Virus record (IMG/VR): IMGVR_UViG_3300009164_000055 | DNA from: a virus | Lineage: Duplodnaviria; Heunggongvirae; Uroviricota; Caudoviricetes | Direction: 5' to 3' (one strand) | DNA length: 64,000 bases | Part shown: in pieces, positions 53,221-61,366 of the stretch | Position numbering within the stretch: position 1 is the first letter of the stretch | Layout: every line of letters starts with the position of its first letter | Translations under genes and position numbers: made by a program | Notes under the pieces: generated by a model | Databases searched by the model: none | The model's input: only the letters and a program-made list of their open reading frames with translations | What the model was told of the DNA's origin: nothing

Positions 53221-53784
53221 ATGATGAATAATAACAATTTGCCACATCATTTGGGTGGACACGAAAACATGACACATGTTGATGATGGTGCTCTTCAATT
53301 TTTGATTGAACGCTATGATGCTAAGTCATTTCTTGATGTTGGCTGTGGTCCTGGTGGAATGGTTGACCTATCACTTGAAAAAGGATTGATTGCTCATGGT
53401 GTTGATGGAGATTTTACAGTAAATCATAAAAATCCAAATAACATTACCATTCATGATTATGTTACTGGTCCTGTAAAGCTCAATAGAAATTATGATATTG
53501 GTTGGTCTTGTGAATTTCTAGAGCATGTTGAAGAAGTTTATATGGCTAATTATATGGATACCTTCAAGTATTGTAAAGTTATTGCAGTCACACATGCTTT
53601 TCCAAATCAACAGGGCCATCATCATGTTAACTTGAAAAGTCCAGAATATTGGATTGAAAAGTTTTCTTTTTATGGTTTTTCACAGGATATTGAAGCAACT
53701 CAGTTGATCCGTGAAAAGTCAACAATGGGCGATGAATACATTCGTTTGAGCGGTCTTGTATTTTTGAATTCAAATTTTAGTTAA
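53221..53784 (+). CDS. class I SAM-dependent methyltransferase
   Basis: motif I FLDVGCGPGGM, motif II-like ITIHDYV. Confidence 0.55.
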   Translation: MMNNNNLPHHLGGHENMTHVDDGALQFLIERYDAKSFLDVGCGPGGMVDLSLEKGLIAHGVDGDFTVNHKNPNNITIHDYVTGPVKLNRNYDIGWSCEFLEHVEEVYMANYMDTFKYCKVIAVTHAFPNQQGHHHVNLKSPEYWIEKFSFYGFSQDIEATQLIREKSTMGDEYIRLSGLVFLNSNFS

Positions 53785-53789
53785 ATATT

Positions 53790-53864
53790 GCACCATTAGC
53801 TCAGTAGTAGAGCATTCGACTGATAATCGAAAGGTGACAGGGGCGGTACCTGTATGGTGTACCA
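53790..53864 (+). tRNA. tRNA-Ile (GAT), unusual T-loop GGCGGTA
   Basis: anticodon arm TTCGA-CTGATAA-TCGAA; T-arm ACAGG-GGCGGTA-CCTGT. Confidence 0.5.
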
Positions 53865-53908
53865 AAAATTACTAATACTTCTAGTAAATGGAAGTTTCTA
53901 TAATTTGT

Positions 53909-53985
53909 GGCCGTGTAGTCCAACTGGCAGAGACACTAGTTTTAGGTACTAGGTGTTGGGAGTTCGAATCTCTCCACGGCTACCA
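53909..53985 (+). tRNA. class-I tRNA with anticodon TAG (Leu-decoding anticodon but short 5-nt variable loop)
   Basis: anticodon arm CTAGT-TTTAGGT-ACTAG; variable loop GTGTT; canonical T-arm. Confidence 0.45.
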
Positions 53986-53990
53986 TTTAT

Positions 53991-54067
53991 ATCCTTGTAG
54001 CTCAACTGGAGAGAGCACTTGATTACGAATCAAGAGGTTACAGGTTCGAATCCTGTCAAGGATGCCA
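53991..54067 (+). tRNA. tRNA-Arg (ACG)
   Basis: anticodon loop TTACGAA, perfect acceptor ATCCTTG/CAAGGAT. Confidence 0.7.
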
Positions 54068-54108
54068 ATCCTTATAAATAGTAAAAACTATTTCGTTGAG
54101 GACAATAC

Positions 54109-54813
54109 ATGAAACCTTTTAAATCATTTATCGAAGAATCATTGATTAAACAACTTACGTTGAAGTATCATGGTAAGCTTAATCCAAAGATTTGGAAGAA
54201 AGATCAACTGAAGGATGGTATCGCTGAACTTTTGATTAAGAAAGCATATGAGTTTGCCGTCTATTCTGGTGTGAGCAAAGGTCGTATTAAAGATATTGTC
54301 ATCACTGGCGGTAATGTCAATTACAACTATACCAAGTTCTCTGATATCGATGTTCATTTAATGTGTGATGTTGACGGCTTGAATAGCGATAAGCTTTATG
54401 AAAAGAAAGTTTCATGGACAGCTAGTCACAAGAATTTGAAGGTTGCTGGATATCCATTAGAGTTTTATGCTGCTAATAACAAAGATCATTTTCCAAAGGG
54501 ACAGGGTGTATATTCTATCCTTGAAAATAAATGGTTGATCATACCAAAACATCTTGATCATTTAGATATTCTGCATGATCCAAAAGTGATTGACAAGATC
54601 AATTACTATGTTAAGTATATCAGAACACTTCTAAAAAGTGGAACAGAAACAGAAATCAAGGCTTTTAAAGATAAGCTACATACAATGCGTGGTGCTGGAT
54701 TGCATCATGGTGGTGAATTTTCGGTTGAGAATGTTCTTTATAAAGACCTTCGTAATCGTGGTCTGCTTGATAAGTTGAATGCAAAAATTCACCATACAGG
54801 TGAAGAAGTTTAA
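54109..54813 (+). CDS. nucleotidyltransferase-fold protein with CTS-like N-terminus (MKPFKSFIEES)
   Basis: GGNVNYNYTKFSDIDVHL fits hG[GS]x9-13Dh[DE]h pol-beta NTase motif. Confidence 0.45.
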   Translation: MKPFKSFIEESLIKQLTLKYHGKLNPKIWKKDQLKDGIAELLIKKAYEFAVYSGVSKGRIKDIVITGGNVNYNYTKFSDIDVHLMCDVDGLNSDKLYEKKVSWTASHKNLKVAGYPLEFYAANNKDHFPKGQGVYSILENKWLIIPKHLDHLDILHDPKVIDKINYYVKYIRTLLKSGTETEIKAFKDKLHTMRGAGLHHGGEFSVENVLYKDLRNRGLLDKLNAKIHHTGEEV

Positions 54814-54818
54814 AGTTT

Positions 54819-54890
54819 GCGGGTAAGCATAAGGTATGCAGTCGGTCTTCCAAACCGTACATAGAGTGAGTTCGATTCTCATTATCCGCT
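54819..54890 (+). pseudogene. tRNA-Gly(TCC)-like element with truncated D-loop (possible tRNA pseudogene)
   Basis: acceptor GCGGGTA/TATCCGC, anticodon loop CTTCCAA, T-arm GTGAG-TTCGATT-CTCAT, but 5-nt D-loop and no CCA. Confidence 0.3.
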
Positions 54891-54955
54891 CATAGAGTTC
54901 CAGACCACCAACACCTTTTTTAGGAAAATCTCATTCATTAGAAACTAAGAAAAAA

Positions 54956-55099
54956 ATGAGTGAATCTAAAAAAGGAAAATTTACTGGTGAAAAAAATTCA
55001 CAATATGGTACAATGTGGATAACCAATGGAAATATAAATAAAAAAGTAAAATGTGATGATATCATCCCTGATGGATGGTATAAAGGAAGATTGAAATAA
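54956..55099 (+). CDS. homing-endonuclease C-terminal DNA-binding module remnant (47 aa)
   Basis: TGEKNSQYGTMWITNG...IPDGWYKGR resembles repeated G.K.S.E...G..W..NG / P.GW..GR modules of T4 Seg/Tev-type endonucleases; no catalytic domain. Confidence 0.35.
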   Translation: MSESKKGKFTGEKNSQYGTMWITNGNINKKVKCDDIIPDGWYKGRLK

Positions 55100-55192
55100 T
55101 AGTTTGATGTGAATACAAAGCGTTCGTCGCTGTCGCAATATCACACACATTCGTACCAATACGTGCGGTACAGATTTATTATGAGGGAACAT

Positions 55193-56443
55193 ATGTTAAA
55201 CAATGCTTATATTTTATATCTAGATGAACCAAAATCATTAAAGTATCTACAAGACTGCATCGATTCATGTGAGCAGTTTCCTAATATCAATCCCATTCCA
55301 GTAGCTGGTCCACTTCGTGCTTCATACAAAGAATTGTGTGAAGAATTTGGTATCGGCATCATTCCTTATTACGTTAATCAGATGGCCACCAATGCACAGA
55401 CGTTGAACAATACGTTCTCCTGTAATGGTGGTCATTATCGTATTTGGAAGAAGATTGTCGAAAGCGGTGAAGCTGGTGTTGTGTTTGAGCACGATGTAGT
55501 TGTCAAGCAAGACTTTACAACTCTTGAGCCAGTTGATGGTGAAATTCTCTGGCTTGGTCCACGTATTCATAATGTAGATGACTACAACTATCCTGATGGA
55601 TGGGAAAGCAGATACGTAGAAGTTGATCGTTGGGAAGGCACCCATGCCTATGCCATTACACCAAACACAGCACAGATGCTGCTTGACTGTATTGATGAGT
55701 ATGGCATCAATGATTCGATTGATGGTCAGTTAGGTATGAGAAATATCTTTGACATGCGTATGAGGGCGGTTGATCCACCTCCTGCTGTAGCTGTTGTTTC
55801 TGGTGATCGTCAATCAACGATTGAACTTAGCGGAAATGCTGCAACATGGAATGCGTATAGTACTGATGGATTTCGTGCTGGTCTGAAGGCTGGTATGGAG
55901 CCACCTGTTCGTCAGCTATATTTCACTAACAGTAGCTTCATGAAACACACTGGTGTTCTTGATACTATTCTTAAGGAAAATGGCTTCTACGAAAACAAAC
56001 CATTAAAGGTTCTTGTTATCGGTGGTGAAGAAGGTATGTCAACTTTATGGTTGAGCAATAAGTTGCTTCGTCATGACGACAGTCAGTTATTCTGTGCTGG
56101 TGGCTTTGAAAAAAAGAATTTGGAAATATTCAACTTCAACACATATTTCAGTAAGTACTATTACAAGTTGAACGCAATCAATTGTGATGATCCCACTGAT
56201 CTTTTGATTGCAAGCTGTGGTGATCCTGATATTGTCTTAGATGTTGTGTATATTGGCGGTAATACAAACACAAAAAATACAGTATTTAATGGTACTGCTT
56301 CTTTCTCAATGTTAAGGGATGGTGGTCTGATTATTTTTGATAATTATGATCAGCCAATCGTTAAGGCGGGTGTTGATATCATTGATAATGCAACCTGTAT
56401 GGAATCGCTTTACAAAGGCGATGTTGCAGTGTACAAATACTGA
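55193..56443 (+). CDS. putative glycosyltransferase (GT25-like N-terminus) with uncharacterised C-terminal domain
   Basis: start chosen at ATG with SD GAGGG; ORF track offers 55109 GTG. Confidence 0.3.
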   Translation: MLNNAYILYLDEPKSLKYLQDCIDSCEQFPNINPIPVAGPLRASYKELCEEFGIGIIPYYVNQMATNAQTLNNTFSCNGGHYRIWKKIVESGEAGVVFEHDVVVKQDFTTLEPVDGEILWLGPRIHNVDDYNYPDGWESRYVEVDRWEGTHAYAITPNTAQMLLDCIDEYGINDSIDGQLGMRNIFDMRMRAVDPPPAVAVVSGDRQSTIELSGNAATWNAYSTDGFRAGLKAGMEPPVRQLYFTNSSFMKHTGVLDTILKENGFYENKPLKVLVIGGEEGMSTLWLSNKLLRHDDSQLFCAGGFEKKNLEIFNFNTYFSKYYYKLNAINCDDPTDLLIASCGDPDIVLDVVYIGGNTNTKNTVFNGTASFSMLRDGGLIIFDNYDQPIVKAGVDIIDNATCMESLYKGDVAVYKY

Positions 56444-56447
56444 GTGT

Positions 56448-56521
56448 TGCCCTTTCCTCTAATGGTAAGAGAGCGGACTTTGAATCCGTCAATTGGGGTT
56501 CGAGTCCCTGAAGGGCATCCA
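56448..56521 (+). tRNA. tRNA-Gln (TTG)
   Basis: anticodon loop CTTTGAA; 3-bp D-stem; CCA encoded. Confidence 0.6.
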
Positions 56522-56549
56522 AATTTTATTTTATAATGGAGAAAAAACT

Positions 56550-56786
56550 ATGAGTGACAATATTTCTGTAAATGAACTACGTCAGTACATTGAACGTATT
56601 GAGCGTCTTGAAGAAGAACTTGATGGTATCAAGGGTGATCGTAAGGACGTATATGCTGAAGTTAAGGCTGTAGGCTTTGACGTTAAGGCAGTACGCAAGA
56701 TTGTTCGTATTCGCAAGATGGACCCAACACAGCGCCAGATTGAAGAAGCGGTAGAAGATACATATCGTACTGCATTAGGTCTATAA
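56550..56786 (+). CDS. hypothetical coiled-coil protein
   Basis: ORF track 56493 trimmed (5' part overlaps tRNA-Gln); SD GGAG. Confidence 0.4.
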   Translation: MSDNISVNELRQYIERIERLEEELDGIKGDRKDVYAEVKAVGFDVKAVRKIVRIRKMDPTQRQIEEAVEDTYRTALGL

Positions 56787-56801
56787 TAAAAGGATATATT
56801 T

Positions 56802-57032
56802 ATGGCAAAAACACTTGTAAATTTTCTTGTTGAAGAAGCTGATCTTCGTCGTTTTGATAACATAGCAGAAATTTTAGGAAGAACTCGCACATCAATTTTG
56901 AGAGAATACATAAATGACTTTTCTGCTGAACAGTCTATTATGATAGCACAGAAAAAGCTTAAACTACAGGAATTAGATCGTATTCTTGCAGAATATAAAT
57001 CGGTACTCACGCCTTCACAAGAACAAGACTAG
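56802..57032 (+). CDS. ribbon-helix-helix (CopG/Arc-like) DNA-binding protein
   Basis: KTLVNFLVEEADLRRFDNIAEILGRTRTSILREYIN fits beta-strand + two helices RHH pattern. Confidence 0.45.
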   Translation: MAKTLVNFLVEEADLRRFDNIAEILGRTRTSILREYINDFSAEQSIMIAQKKLKLQELDRILAEYKSVLTPSQEQD

Positions 57033-57066
57033 GCTTTAATAAATATACTAAAAGAAGGGAAACCAA

Positions 57067-57699
57067 ATGAAAACTTTTAGTGCATTTATTTCAGAAGAGC
57101 GTGAGAACAATACACGTAAGACACAGGTTGCCACAACTGGTGGTACCTATAGAAAGACAGGCGAATTCCTTAAGGATAAGCTTGCTCCTAAGTCAAAGAT
57201 CATCAGCATTGGTGCTGGTCTAGATCAAACACGTGAGGGTCTTCGTGCTGGTCTTGGTGACGGTCATACTATTGATGATCATGAACCAAATCCTGAAGGA
57301 CGTAAGACCAAGCCTGAATTCACAGATGCATCACGTATTCCAAAGAACGGATATGATGCTGCTGTATCACACAATGTTTTAAATGTTGTTGAACCACATG
57401 TACGTGAACAGGTTATGCATTCGATCTTTAATTCCGTCAAGGAAGGTGGTCATGCTATTATCGGTACACGTAAGTGGAGTGGTGATATCAACACCAACAA
57501 GAACTTTGAAAAGGGCGATGAACCTAAATCAATGTGGGTCAAGAAGGGTAATGCCACATCATATCAAAAGGGATTTGATGGTAACGAACTAAAGGACTAC
57601 GTTGAAGACTATGCAAAGCGCAATGGTCATCAGGTTGAAGTCAAGAAGGTTCCATTAGCAGCCAATGGCGTACATATAAAAATTATAAAAAAGGGTTGA
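57067..57699 (+). CDS. methyltransferase-like Rossmann protein with CTS-like N-terminus (MKTFSAFISEE)
   Basis: IISIGAGLD (motif I-like), DAAVSHNVL, EGGHAIIG. Confidence 0.4.
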   Translation: MKTFSAFISEERENNTRKTQVATTGGTYRKTGEFLKDKLAPKSKIISIGAGLDQTREGLRAGLGDGHTIDDHEPNPEGRKTKPEFTDASRIPKNGYDAAVSHNVLNVVEPHVREQVMHSIFNSVKEGGHAIIGTRKWSGDINTNKNFEKGDEPKSMWVKKGNATSYQKGFDGNELKDYVEDYAKRNGHQVEVKKVPLAANGVHIKIIKKG

Positions 57700-58085
57700 T
57701 GATGAAAAGTTTATCACAATTCATTGCAGAATCTTTATTTAGCGGCGAACATGTATTACAGCATTTCAACAATACCCATCATGAGCATGGACAAAATCCT
57801 GAGATGGAAAAATATATAAAAAATACAAAGTTTAAACTCACTAAAATACATCCTGACAAACTTCCAAGCGAAGAGAGTTTATGGGATAAAGACGATCCAT
57901 TTCATAGAGTTGTTGATATCGATAATGATACCGTCAAAAAGAATGAAATGAGAATTGATGCTGGTAAAAAATTACCACCAATTATCATGGGTAAAGGTGC
58001 CATAATCGATGGTCATCACAGGGCTTTAGCAGCAAAAAATAAAAATAAACATATTGATGCATATGTCCCTGTAGAAAAGGGTTGA
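57699..58085 (+). CDS. ParB-like nuclease-domain protein with CTS-like N-terminus (MMKSLSQFIAES)
   Basis: GAIIDGHHRALAAK DGHHR motif; paralogous in domain content to 40640..41107. Confidence 0.5.
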   Translation: MMKSLSQFIAESLFSGEHVLQHFNNTHHEHGQNPEMEKYIKNTKFKLTKIHPDKLPSEESLWDKDDPFHRVVDIDNDTVKKNEMRIDAGKKLPPIIMGKGAIIDGHHRALAAKNKNKHIDAYVPVEKG

Positions 58086-58110
58086 CACCCACCTCATAAT
58101 TGCATACTAT
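58082..58110 (+). promoter_or_regulatory. promoter TTGACA-N17-TACTAT
   Basis: precedes SD GGAGG and arfA-like ORF. Confidence 0.4.
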
Positions 58111-58136
58111 AAGTTCATAAGCGATGGAGGAAAGTC

Positions 58137-58283
58137 ATGAAATCACGTAATCCAATAGCCCGATCACTTCGCAGTGCACATCTTAAGCCTAAGATTGTAC
58201 GTGCAAAGAAGGGTAAAGGTTCTTATCGCCGTAGCAACAAAAAAATTGCTACGGCGGTTGACTCTTTTCTCCGTATTGCTTAA
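58137..58283 (+). CDS. ArfA-like alternative ribosome-rescue factor candidate (48 aa)
   Basis: PIARSLRSAHLKPKIVRAKKGKGSYRR parallels E. coli ArfA [27 protein letters not shown] including the KGKGS motif; strong SD GGAGG. Confidence 0.4.
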   Translation: MKSRNPIARSLRSAHLKPKIVRAKKGKGSYRRSNKKIATAVDSFLRIA

Positions 58284-58312
58284 TAAAATTTGAGATAAAC
58301 GGAGATTGTATT

Positions 58313-58645
58313 ATGACAGATTGTTATTGGTATCAGCGTGGAAAGTATCAGCAATTGGCTGAAGCTCTTCAGAGCCGTATTCCTATGCAGGGTGAGATTG
58401 CTAATAAGGATGAAAATCCCAAGCTTGAAGAGTATCGTAAGGTTTCTAACCAGTACTACGATCTTTTCAACAACGGACTGCATAATCAACCATATCACTT
58501 CAAGCGCCGTTTTGGTGTAACTGTTGTGGAAGCTCGTTCCATTCTTCGTGTTGGTGGTATCCTTGAGTGTGATATTCTTCGCACCATTGAAGCTAGCGTA
58601 GATCAGTTCATTCTTGAAGCTGCTGCTGAACAAGGATTAATTTAA
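58313..58645 (+). CDS. hypothetical protein
   Basis: 110 aa, SD GGAG. Confidence 0.4.
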   Translation: MTDCYWYQRGKYQQLAEALQSRIPMQGEIANKDENPKLEEYRKVSNQYYDLFNNGLHNQPYHFKRRFGVTVVEARSILRVGGILECDILRTIEASVDQFILEAAAEQGLI

Positions 58646-58653
58646 TAATTTAT

Positions 58654-58730
58654 GGACCCTTAGCTCATTTGGTTAGAGCGTCCGACTTTTAATCGGAAGG
58701 TGCTGGGTTCGAGTCCCAGAGGGTCCACCA
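58654..58730 (+). tRNA. tRNA-Lys (TTT)
   Basis: perfect acceptor GGACCCT/AGGGTCC, anticodon loop CTTTTAA. Confidence 0.75.
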
Positions 58731-58736
58731 TAACTC

Positions 58737-58801
58737 GCCATATGTGTCAATATATGATTAGTTATAGTACTTAATTAGCCATATGTGACCATATATGATC
58801 A
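58737..58801 (+). repeat. two 24-nt direct repeats GCCATATGTG(T/A)C(A/C)ATATATGAT(T/C)A between tRNA-Lys and tRNA-Ser
   Basis: copies at 58737-58760 and 58778-58801. Confidence 0.5.
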
Positions 58802-58805
58802 CTTA

Positions 58806-58893
58806 GGAACGTGGGCAGGATGGTAATGCAATCGCTTGCTAAGCGACACACCCTGAAAGGGGTGACAGGGTTCGATTCCCTGACGTTCCGCCA
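58806..58893 (+). tRNA. tRNA-Ser (GCT), class II
   Basis: 88 nt, variable-arm hairpin CACCC-TGAAA-GGGGTG. Confidence 0.7.
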
Positions 58894-58901
58894 TTCTATT
58901 G

Positions 58902-58930
58902 TTGACAAGACTATATACTTTGGTTATTGT
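58902..58930 (+). promoter_or_regulatory. promoter TTGACA-N17-TATTGT
   Basis: precedes 58962 gene. Confidence 0.4.
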
Positions 58931-58961
58931 AACAGTCGTTTGAAATTATCTGGAGATTAGT

Positions 58962-59225
58962 ATGCCATCATTAGATAAATGGTTTGATGATCCTGATACC
59001 ATTCAGGAAGATGAACCAACAACAAATGAATGGATTGATATGCCTGAGTTTGTTCAGGAAAGCAAACCACCATTTGCTAAGATTATTTTTCGTTTTGACA
59101 GTCAAGAAGACTTGGATGAATTTTCTAAGTTGATTGGCCAGAAATTGACACCAAAGACTAAAAGTGCTTGGTATCCAGAACTAGAGCGAGGCAAAAATGC
59201 TGCAAAGCGTTGGATACAAGAATAA
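58962..59225 (+). CDS. hypothetical acidic protein
   Basis: 87 aa. Confidence 0.35.
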   Translation: MPSLDKWFDDPDTIQEDEPTTNEWIDMPEFVQESKPPFAKIIFRFDSQEDLDEFSKLIGQKLTPKTKSAWYPELERGKNAAKRWIQE

Positions 59226-60111
59226 GCGTGAGAACCGCTATCCTGTGTATATTGTATCGAAAGGTCGCTATACCAATATGCTAACTAATAGGTCGCTGAA
59301 TAGACTTGGCGTTCCTTTTAGGGTTATTGTAGAGGAAGAAGAGTTTGACGAATACGCTAAGGTTGTTGGTGCAGAAAAGCTTCTGATCCTTCCTAAGAAA
59401 TACAAAGAAGAATATGAAGTTCTTGATGATCTTGGGCTGACAAAGAGCACAGGACCCGGTCCTGCTCGTAACTTTGCATGGGACCATTCTATTTCTGAAG
59501 GTCATGCATGGCATTGGGTATTAGATGATAATCTTGATGACTTCCATCGTCTAAATAGAAACATGAAGTCTCCTATGAGGACTAATGTGAATTTTGTGGC
59601 GACTGAAGATTTTGTAGATAGGTATGAGAACCTAGCAATTGCTGGCTTTAACTATTACTCTTTCTGTAAGTGTGATGCTAAAGCTAACCCATATGTTTTG
59701 AATACAAGGATTTATTCTTGTCTTCTTATTCGCAACGACATTCCTTTCAAATGGCGTGGTCGTTATAACGAAGACACTATCCTGTGTCTTGACGTGTTGA
59801 CTGCTGGATGGGCAACTATTCAGTTGAATGCTTTTTTACAAGGCAAGGTCACTACTCAGCGCATGGGTGGTGGTAACAGCAAAGACTTCTATGAAGTTGA
59901 AGGTACACTTGCTAAGTCTAAGATGTTAGCAGATGCATATCCTGATATTGCATCTGTTGTATGGAAGTTTAATCGCTGGCATCATCATGTGGATTATAGT
60001 CCGTTTAAGAATAATTCATTGAAGAGAAAGGCAAGTTTTATCCCACAAAATCAAATCAATGAATATGGTTTGAAACTTATTGATGGCGATAAAAACGATA
60101 AAAGGGATTAA
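59197..60111 (+). CDS. hypothetical protein (start uncertain: 59197 ATG, 59245 GTG or 59278 ATG)
   Basis: 304 aa. Confidence 0.35.
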   Translation: MLQSVGYKNKRENRYPVYIVSKGRYTNMLTNRSLNRLGVPFRVIVEEEEFDEYAKVVGAEKLLILPKKYKEEYEVLDDLGLTKSTGPGPARNFAWDHSISEGHAWHWVLDDNLDDFHRLNRNMKSPMRTNVNFVATEDFVDRYENLAIAGFNYYSFCKCDAKANPYVLNTRIYSCLLIRNDIPFKWRGRYNEDTILCLDVLTAGWATIQLNAFLQGKVTTQRMGGGNSKDFYEVEGTLAKSKMLADAYPDIASVVWKFNRWHHHVDYSPFKNNSLKRKASFIPQNQINEYGLKLIDGDKNDKRD

Positions 60112-60116
60112 AATAG

Positions 60117-60194
60117 GAGTCGGTGGCGGAGTGGTCCAACGCAAGGGATTGCAAATCCCTAAAGCCGTGAGTTCGAATCTCACCCGGCTCTCCA
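60117..60194 (+). tRNA. tRNA-Cys (GCA)
   Basis: anticodon arm AGGGA-TTGCAAA-TCCCT as in E. coli tRNA-Cys. Confidence 0.65.
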
Positions 60195-60209
60195 ACATAT
60201 GGGAACACA

Positions 60210-60962
60210 ATGCAAAAATATAAAACTATTTTTATCAGCGATGTACATTTGGGATCAAAAGATTGCAAAGCTGCATACCTAGATAACTTTCTCAAGCATA
60301 ATAGCTGTGAAACTCTATATCTTGTCGGTGATATTATAGATGCTTGGAAAATCCAACAAAATAAAGTAAAATGGAAAAAATCACACACAGATGTTATTCG
60401 TAGAATTTTAAAGCTTACAAAAAGAAATACCAAGGTCATATATGTTGCTGGCAATCATGACGAATTTCTTCGTCCTATGATACCATATGCAGCAAATTTT
60501 GGTACTGTACAAATCTGTAATCAGATAACTCATATCGGCGTTGATGGTAAAAAGTATCTCGTTGTTCATGGCGATCTATTTGATGGTATTACCAGATTAG
60601 CCCCATGGTTAAGTTTTCTTGGTGATCGTGCATATGACTTTATACTTAATGTAAATGGAAGATTTAATTGGATACGCCACAGGCTTGGATTTGGATATTG
60701 GTCATTAAGTAAGTGGCTGAAGCACAGAGTTAAAAAAGCTATTGACTTTATATTCATGTTTGAAAAAACCATAACTGACTATGCTAAAAAGCGTGGATTT
60801 GATGGTGTTATATGTGGTCATATTCATCATGCAGAAATAAAAGATATAAATGGTATCGTCTATATGAATGATGGTGATTGGGTAGAATCTCTCACTGCCC
60901 TTGTCGAACACCATGATGGAACGTGGGAAATTGTGACATGGCAAGAAATGGTGTATAAATGA
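60210..60962 (+). CDS. calcineurin-like metallophosphoesterase (LpxH-like layout)
   Basis: FISDVHLG, GDIIDAW, AGNHDEF, VVHGDLFD, CGHIHH phosphoesterase motifs. Confidence 0.65.
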   Translation: MQKYKTIFISDVHLGSKDCKAAYLDNFLKHNSCETLYLVGDIIDAWKIQQNKVKWKKSHTDVIRRILKLTKRNTKVIYVAGNHDEFLRPMIPYAANFGTVQICNQITHIGVDGKKYLVVHGDLFDGITRLAPWLSFLGDRAYDFILNVNGRFNWIRHRLGFGYWSLSKWLKHRVKKAIDFIFMFEKTITDYAKKRGFDGVICGHIHHAEIKDINGIVYMNDGDWVESLTALVEHHDGTWEIVTWQEMVYK

Positions 60963-61357
60963 AAATTGCAATTATCACTGATGCTACTCCACCACAGGTG
61001 AATGGAGTTGTTATGACATATGAAAATACTGTCGTAGAACTTGTGAACATGGGCCATAGCGTTATGGTGATCAAAGGTGTAGAGTGTAAAAAAGTACCTG
61101 TTATTGGATACAAAGAAATTAAAGTTGCTATCAATCCATGGAAAATTAAAAATCATATTGATGTTGCTATTGAGAATGAATTTACAATCCACATCGCCAC
61201 TGAAGGTCCGCTTGGATTATTTGCTAGATTATACCTGCAATATAAAAAATATCCTTTTACTACCTGCTATCATACTAAGTTTCCAGAATTTGTGGCTGCT
61301 AGATCAAAGCTAAAGGCTGATTGGATTTACTCATATTTTCGCTGGTTCCATAGTTAA
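60959..61357 (+). CDS. glycosyltransferase GT4-type N-terminal half
   Basis: KIAIITDATPPQVNGVVMTYENTVVEL; terminated by in-frame TAA 61355-61357. Confidence 0.5.
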   Translation: MKIAIITDATPPQVNGVVMTYENTVVELVNMGHSVMVIKGVECKKVPVIGYKEIKVAINPWKIKNHIDVAIENEFTIHIATEGPLGLFARLYLQYKKYPFTTCYHTKFPEFVAARSKLKADWIYSYFRWFHS

Positions 61358-61366
61358 TCAAGATGT

